Shown here: positions 35,524-40,297 of the stretch, in pieces | Numbering within the stretch: the stretch's first letter is position 1 | How the letters are laid out: each line of letters starts with the position of its first letter | Source: a virus | Taxonomy: Duplodnaviria; Caudoviricetes | Strand: one strand, 5' to 3' | Virus record (IMG/VR): IMGVR_UViG_3300038406_000249 | Coordinates: 1-40,297 of that record | Length of the DNA stretch: 40,297 bases | Program-made: the position numbers and the translations under genes | Notes under the pieces: model-generated | Told to the model about the DNA's origin: nothing | Databases searched by the model: none | What the model saw: only the letters and a program-made list of their open reading frames with translations

Positions 35524-36086
35524 CCGCCGACAAAAAACCAGATCTGGACCAACTCGATGCGATCGTCCGTCGACGCGACGAGGATAGTCTTAGCACAGCC
35601 TGGATGACCACCGGAGAGTGCCGCTACCTAATCGCCCAAGCCCGCGAAGCTGAGCGGTTGCGGGGAGAGCTCGAGAAGGCGAAGGCGGAGCTATACCGCT
35701 CGCATCGAGCGCACAAATCCGATAAGGAATCGCGCGACATGTACGCCGACGAGCGCGACACCGTACTGGCAAAGCTCGAGCGGGTGCGGGAGTGGCGCGA
35801 ACGGGACGACGACGATCGTAGACCGGGCGACTTAGACGCAATCCTTGACTCCGAGCCGCAAGCAATCCTCGGCCAGGAATACAAAACGCATGGTCACGTC
35901 TCGCTGGACAGAATAAAGCGCCTCTGCGGATACCCGGATGATGCATTGGTGCTCGGCGTCAACGGCGACTTTAACCAGGTCGAAATCGTTGAGCTTATGG
36001 TCCTGCACAACGGCGACTCCGAGCCGGTGGAGTCCGACCCGCGACTACGGCGACGAATGTCCAGGCCATGCCTCACCAGAGGATAG
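35520..36086 (+). CDS. Hypothetical coiled-coil protein
   Basis: ATG 35520; MTADKKPDLDQLDAI... Confidence 0.55.
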   Translation: MTADKKPDLDQLDAIVRRRDEDSLSTAWMTTGECRYLIAQAREAERLRGELEKAKAELYRSHRAHKSDKESRDMYADERDTVLAKLERVREWRERDDDDRRPGDLDAILDSEPQAILGQEYKTHGHVSLDRIKRLCGYPDDALVLGVNGDFNQVEIVELMVLHNGDSEPVESDPRLRRRMSRPCLTRG

Positions 36087-36140
36087 ACCGTCGAGTAGGG
36101 CTCGGAGTGACCGGCACAGCTATTGCTGTGCACTAGCACA

Positions 36141-36530
36141 ATGCATCCAATCGCATCCATTATCACCGCGGCGCGCCTGACGGACTCTGACGAGCTCCGC
36201 GCGCTGGCCCGCGTCCAAGTCGCCCGAGCTCTCGCCGACGCGCCACGGCGCCGCCTGGAGTCCGCAGCGGGCATCCTCGGGACGAGCAAGCGCAACCTCC
36301 TACGGTGGATGGCCGAGCTGGAGGTACCCTGTCCCTGGCCGGAGGGTCGACCACCTGGGTCCGATAACGGTGACGTAAATTGTCACTCCAGACCATCTAC
36401 GGTGACGAAAATTGTCACCACCAAAACCTCAGCAAAAACCTCGAAACGGCGTAATCCGGGGTCTCGCGTGGTCATAAACGGTGACGAAAAACGTCACCCA
36501 ATCAAAAGGGTCACCCGTAAACAACGGTGA
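36141..36530 (+). CDS. Fis-like HTH protein
   Basis: 'ARALADAPRRRLESAAGILGTSKRNLLRWMAEL' resembles Fis/HTH_8. The C-terminal part runs through the palindrome array. Confidence 0.55.
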   Translation: MHPIASIITAARLTDSDELRALARVQVARALADAPRRRLESAAGILGTSKRNLLRWMAELEVPCPWPEGRPPGSDNGDVNCHSRPSTVTKIVTTKTSAKTSKRRNPGSRVVINGDEKRHPIKRVTRKQR

Positions 36531-36531
36531 C
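36369..36531. promoter_or_regulatory. Cluster of GGTGAC-N7-GTCACC palindromes
   Basis: 36369-36387, 36401-36419 and 36480-36498, with extra half-sites at 36510 and 36526. Confidence 0.75.
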
Positions 36532-36546
36532 AGGCGGTGGCGCCGT

Positions 36547-36563
36547 TTGGCACGGCGCCTGCA
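36547..36563 (+). promoter_or_regulatory. Sigma54 (RpoN) -24/-12 promoter
   Basis: TTGGCACGGCGCCTGCA matches YTGGCACG-N4-TTGCW with exact GG-N10-GC spacing. Confidence 0.65.
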
Positions 36564-36762
36564 TTAGCCCAAACCATCGACGGCAGGCACGGACGGTAAG
36601 ACCTGAAACCGCTGAAGGGTTCTCGCACCCCAGACATGCGATAGCGAAGCAGGACGGCGAAACGGTCCGCTCCTCCCCGGTGCAGGGGGGCCAGGCCCGG
36701 TAGGCGACGCAAGTCAGACCCCGGGCCTAGGGCATTAGAGACGCACCACAGGAGACACGACG

Positions 36763-36966
36763 ATGACCTACGAAATTCGACGACCTGGACACACAGCATG
36801 GGCCGAGCAGATCACGACGCTGGCCGAGGCAATCCGCGAGCTAGACCGCGCCAATCGCGACGTACAGCCGGGACACGTGCTGTACGTCGTGGCTGGGAAC
36901 GGCGAGCGCTACGAGCCGGAGTACGATCGCGAAGAAGTGTTAGCTGAGGATGAGGCTACTAGCTGA
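36763..36966 (+). CDS. Small acidic hypothetical protein
   Basis: 67 aa, RBS AGGAG. Confidence 0.7.
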   Translation: MTYEIRRPGHTAWAEQITTLAEAIRELDRANRDVQPGHVLYVVAGNGERYEPEYDREEVLAEDEATS

Positions 36967-37027
36967 CCCAGTCCGCCTGCCCCGCCGCTACCAAGCCGCG
37001 GGGCTTGGGGCGTTAGGAGATACGACA

Positions 37028-37438
37028 ATGACGACATACATGCTAGTAGATGGCGACGGAAACCAGATCACTAACGGCCTAGGCGAATACGAGGCCAACA
37101 GAGTAGCGCAGCGCATCGCAAACGAGCGCGGGGAATCGGTGTGGCTCGAGTCGATCTGCAGCACCGACGATGTCGAAGCGGTTGAGTATACGCCCGACGG
37201 CGACGGCACACATACCCTCACGCTTGGGGGTCATTCTTGGCGCTGGACACTCCTCAGCGACGAGCGTGGTTCGCTACAGTGTCTAGATCCAGATGTCGAC
37301 GACGCCGGGATTGATCAAACTATCTGGCCCACGGATGCCGAAGTTTCAGAGGCTGTCAGCATAGGGGTGCGGTTCGTTGATGCTGGCGATGCGGCCGATT
37401 ATCCGGAGGGGATCTTCGAAGTGATTGAAGGCGCATGA
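37028..37438 (+). CDS. Acidic hypothetical protein
   Basis: ATG 37028 with AGGAG RBS; MTTYMLVDGDGNQIT... Confidence 0.7.
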   Translation: MTTYMLVDGDGNQITNGLGEYEANRVAQRIANERGESVWLESICSTDDVEAVEYTPDGDGTHTLTLGGHSWRWTLLSDERGSLQCLDPDVDDAGIDQTIWPTDAEVSEAVSIGVRFVDAGDAADYPEGIFEVIEGA

Positions 37439-37468
37439 CAGGGGATCTAATGGGAACGCGCGCGCGGA

Positions 37469-37627
37469 TCATCGTACGCTCAGAACATGTCGCTCGGTGA
37501 GGCAAAATCCTATCGCACCGGCCAGCATCAGGATCTCGCCGATACGATTTGCTTTAGGCCCGATCGGGAGAACAAACAGCAGCAGACCGATGATGAAAAC
37601 GATTAATGGGATGAGTGTTAGTGTCAT
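37469..37627 (-). CDS. Small two-TM membrane protein (52 aa; not in ORF track)
   Basis: MTLTLIPLIVFIIGLLLFVLPIGPKANRIGEILMLAGAIGFCLTERHVLSVR. Last gene of the lysis region. Confidence 0.6.
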   Translation of the reverse strand: MTLTLIPLIVFIIGLLLFVLPIGPKANRIGEILMLAGAIGFCLTERHVLSVR

Positions 37628-37637
37628 TTTTCGCCTT

Positions 37638-37991
37638 TCATTTCACTATAAACTTCATCACGAGCGCGACGATCGTACCGCCCGCAAACGCTCCCAGTCC
37701 TGCATAGATAGCCATGCGAGCTTCGAGGACAACGACCTTTTTGGTTAGTTCCAGGTTGGCCTGCGATAATGAATGCACGATCTTGTCTAAGCGTTCGAGC
37801 TCGTCTGTCTCAGCCAACCGTTCGATCTTGTCGCCGAGGCGTTTGATCTCGCTCCAATGAGTCTTCAGTGTCGTCAAACTGCGCTCTTGCGATCGTGCTT
37901 GCCGGGTCAATGCGCGGTGCAGTTCGCCTGCCTCCACTGAGCGAGGATACATGCCTGATAGGCCAGCAGGACGATCGCTGTCAGTGTTCAT
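37638..37991 (-). CDS. Coiled-coil protein with C-terminal TM helix (lysis-associated)
   Basis: Heptads followed by 'MAIYAGLGAFAGGTIVALVMKFIVK'. Confidence 0.65.
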   Translation of the reverse strand: MNTDSDRPAGLSGMYPRSVEAGELHRALTRQARSQERSLTTLKTHWSEIKRLGDKIERLAETDELERLDKIVHSLSQANLELTKKVVVLEARMAIYAGLGAFAGGTIVALVMKFIVK

Positions 37992-38302
37992 TTGAGCGAA
38001 CGAGATGGCGACGGCAAAACTATGTCGTCTGGTATCCCTGGTGGTGGCGGCAACTTATCTGTGGGATAGCCCGGCGCGCTCGAGTCGGCTGTTATTGTGG
38101 TGACTGTTTCCGTTGACTCGCGCGATCGCATTTTGGTTGCAACGTCCTCGCCTGCGATCGCAAGGATCAAAATACCCACGAGCCATCGCACCGTTTCTTC
38201 AGCAGACTCCGGCGGAATGACACGCAAATAAACGAGCGTGTAGGTCGAGACGATCGCCAGAAATACAGCAATTGCTTTCGAGCTCTTGAACAATCGCATC
38301 AT
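37988..38302 (-). CDS. Putative holin (two TM helices)
   Basis: 'AIAVFLAIVSTYTLVYL' and 'WLVGILILAIAGEDVA', near the endolysin. Confidence 0.55.
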   Translation of the reverse strand: MMRLFKSSKAIAVFLAIVSTYTLVYLRVIPPESAEETVRWLVGILILAIAGEDVATKMRSRESTETVTTITADSSAPGYPTDKLPPPPGIPDDIVLPSPSRSLK

Positions 38303-38610
38303 TCGTCTTCACCTTTTTCCGGCAGTGGCGGAGGCTCCGTTGCCCTGTCCTCTGGCAGTTCGCGCGCCATCAAATTACTGATGCTTGCAATCGCCATCTT
38401 GATGTCCTGGATGCTTCGCACGGCGTAGTACACGTTCGCGTCTAGCGCTTTGACGGCTTGCGATAAACCAGTAATAAAATGAGCTTGATTTTTGGTCTGA
38501 TCGGACAGCTTTTGCACCTCATCGATGATCTCGTGCAGGCGCTGAGCAATATCCTCCAGGCGTTGCTCGATGGTGAGATGCTGCTCGACATTTTGCTCGA
38601 GATCAGTCAT
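38299..38610 (-). CDS. Hypothetical coiled-coil protein
   Basis: 103 aa, coupled to neighbours. Confidence 0.6.
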   Translation of the reverse strand: MTDLEQNVEQHLTIEQRLEDIAQRLHEIIDEVQKLSDQTKNQAHFITGLSQAVKALDANVYYAVRSIQDIKMAIASISNLMARELPEDRATEPPPLPEKGEDE

Positions 38611-38803
38611 CTACATCCTCCATGTCCTCTTCCTCCGACCATAGCTTACGCGACAGGCCGACTGACTCACGTGCCATTTTGATCGCAGCTCCCGGTGACG
38701 GATGTGAGGCTATCTCCTCCACGAGGCGAGCTAGCTCCGTGTGACACTCAGGCCGAATCGCATCGATGGCTGCACAGATCGCGTCGCGTTGGTTACCGTT
38801 CAC
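38603..38803 (-). CDS. Hypothetical protein
   Basis: GTG 38803 overlaps the endolysin stop. 66 aa. Confidence 0.5.
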   Translation of the reverse strand: MNGNQRDAICAAIDAIRPECHTELARLVEEIASHPSPGAAIKMARESVGLSRKLWSEEEDMEDVDD

Positions 38804-39186
38804 GGGTAGTCTTTCCTCGGTAATTCCCAATGTGGACCGTCACGAAATGTAGCCCAATCCCCGCCCCAGGTGAGCGGCACATGTTCTTGCGCAGCCGCGA
38901 TTTTTATCGACTCGGATAGCACATCGTAATGCGGCCAGTGCCACGACGGCTTGCGGTTAATCCACGGCGCGATATCGACAGCGTGACCGGTGAGATGCCG
39001 CGAGTTGAGTGTGCGCGTAGCACCCTGCTTAAAGAGCAGCTCTTGGCGCGCCCGCGTGCGCAAACCCTCGAGCACGGTGAAGTCGATATCTGTGATTCGG
39101 ATGGCGTGTTTCACGACGCGCACAAGATCAGGATGCACGCCGCGCAGATTCAGTAGCGAGCGCGGGCCAAGAATGAATCCGATCAC
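38800..39186 (-). CDS. Endolysin, M15-family L-Ala-D-Glu peptidase (T5 lys-like)
   Basis: 'LRGVHPDLV', 'EGLRTRARQ', 'SRHLTGHAVDI', 'WGGDW', 'DGPHWEL'. Confidence 0.92.
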   Translation of the reverse strand: MIGFILGPRSLLNLRGVHPDLVRVVKHAIRITDIDFTVLEGLRTRARQELLFKQGATRTLNSRHLTGHAVDIAPWINRKPSWHWPHYDVLSESIKIAAAQEHVPLTWGGDWATFRDGPHWELPRKDYP

Positions 39187-39353
39187 TTTTTCCCTTTCGC
39201 TAGCTTTGTGCGTAGCACCGCTTGCGTCGCCTGGTCGTGAGCCTCTTCCATAGCGAGCCGCCGCGCCATAGCCTTTGGGTCTGGCGACGAGAATATTTTT
39301 ACCAATATTTTGGCGAGTATCGGCACGAGCTCAAGCAACGCGGCTTTAGTCAC
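39183..39353 (-). CDS. Small amphipathic protein in the lysis region
   Basis: GTG 39353 preceded by GAGGAG; VTKAALLELVPILAKILVKIFSS... 56 aa. Confidence 0.5.
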   Translation of the reverse strand: MTKAALLELVPILAKILVKIFSSPDPKAMARRLAMEEAHDQATQAVLRTKLAKGKK

Positions 39354-39543
39354 AGTTGCGGCGCTCCTCTCTGTACTTAGCGACGATTTCGTCCTTGTAT
39401 GGGCAAACGTCCCACTCGTAATCTGCGCACCGGTCGAGGCCCTCCGCGAGCATGCGTGCGTCGACTTTAACAAAGCATGCCTCTAGCTGCGCTTCAGTCG
39501 AGGCACAGGAGGCGAATAGTAGACTAATTATAATCGATTTCAT
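39346..39543 (-). CDS. Small lipoprotein (spanin-like candidate)
   Basis: MKSIIISLLFASC lipobox. 65 aa, upstream of the endolysin. Confidence 0.65.
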   Translation of the reverse strand: MKSIIISLLFASCASTEAQLEACFVKVDARMLAEGLDRCADYEWDVCPYKDEIVAKYREERRNCD

Positions 39544-39562
39544 GCGCGACTCTCAGTAGGGG

Positions 39563-40297
39563 TCACGTTACCTGTTCCACAACGAACGCCGACTCCGTTC
39601 CGGTAATGTCGAGATCGCCTCCGGATGTTTGGTAGACTTCCACACGATAACTTTCACCAGTGACTATTTTGTCCGAAAAGGAAACGTTGATTGCCGTAGT
39701 TGTACCAGACACTGGCGACAGAACTGCCTTTGCCCCCGGAATTTCAGCTCCATTTTTTAGGATTCTGACACCGCGAACTCCGGTTGCATCGGCGGCGAAA
39801 ACCACACCGACTTGAACCCTGTAATTGCCAGAACGCCGCACGAAAACCAGATTCGTGTTGGATGTCAGCGAATGCATCTGCCCATCATCCGTCTCGATAT
39901 CCCAGTCTATGGACGTCCACGAATTGTTCGTGATCGTCTGGTTGCTGCTCCTCTTAACCAGACACCTGGGGCCGTTCATCCCCTCGAAGGCCGTCGTTGT
40001 GTGACCGATCGAAATGCAATCCACGGCCTCGTTGTAACGCCCATCGGCGTCAGCAGCGACCTGATTAAAAAAACCGTACTTCATCGTAGCGACCCCCTGG
40101 CGATCATGAGCGCGACATCCCACAAACCGTACGCCACGCGGGGTGTCAGTGTCGAACGCTGACTGAAATACCCCAAAGCCCGCGATGTTACTCCCTGACC
40201 AAACGCCATTGCTGCCAGTGTCATACGCCGTGCAATTTACAAACTCTATATCCCCAGAGAGAACTGTTAGCCCAGATTCAGCGGGGCCCGAAACGAT
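39563..40297 (-). CDS. Tailspike, C-terminal part (end of beta-helix plus C1q/TNF-like jelly-roll)
   Basis: Frame open from 40297 and in frame with 1..1045 through the 7-nt terminal overlap. C-terminus 'VRRSGNYRVQVGVVF...VRILKNG...YRVEVYQTSG' is C1q-like. Joined length about 590 aa. Confidence 0.8.
   Translation of the reverse strand: MVSGPAESGLTVLSGDIEFVNCTAYDTGSNGVWSGSNIAGFGVFQSAFDTDTPRGVRFVGCRAHDRQGVATMKYGFFNQVAADADGRYNEAVDCISIGHTTTAFEGMNGPRCLVKRSSNQTITNNSWTSIDWDIETDDGQMHSLTSNTNLVFVRRSGNYRVQVGVVFAADATGVRGVRILKNGAEIPGAKAVLSPVSGTTTAINVSFSDKIVTGESYRVEVYQTSGGDLDITGTESAFVVEQVT

Noticed and set aside
36600-36670. Hammerhead ribozyme (CTGAAGG ... CGAAAC)
   Set aside because: The core reads CTGAAGG rather than CTGANGA, and I could not build the three required stems.

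Overview
The window is a complete, circularly permuted genome (about 40,290 bp) of a temperate, short-tailed (podovirus-like) dsDNA phage. The first and last 7 nt (AAACGAT) overlap, and joining them restores one continuous tailspike ORF. A long leftward (minus-strand) unit runs from cro through HTH, integrase, replication initiator, VRR-NUC, a pentamer-periodic repeat array, a Cas7/RAMP-like gene, neuB-neuC-neuA-maf, terminase, portal, scaffold, capsid, tail, ejection proteins, fibres and tailspike to the lysis genes. A rightward unit carries the cI-like repressor, small early genes, a 5'-3' exonuclease/RecT-like fusion and a sigma54-type promoter region. The most notable elements are: (1) a lone Cas7/RAMP-like gene next to a 17-unit non-coding array built from GGNNN pentamers punctuated by GTCGC, a candidate RNA-guided system that is not a canonical CRISPR; (2) a complete nonulosonic (sialic-like) acid synthesis pathway plus a Maf-type protein glycosyltransferase in the late operon; (3) attP (3' half of tRNA-Thr(CGT)) inside the integrase gene; (4) a single-polypeptide exonuclease-annealase; (5) a ParB/Srx-like domain inserted in an ejection protein. 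Several features hint at a Myxococcota-like host, which is inference. All family calls come from motif recognition by eye; no database searches were run.
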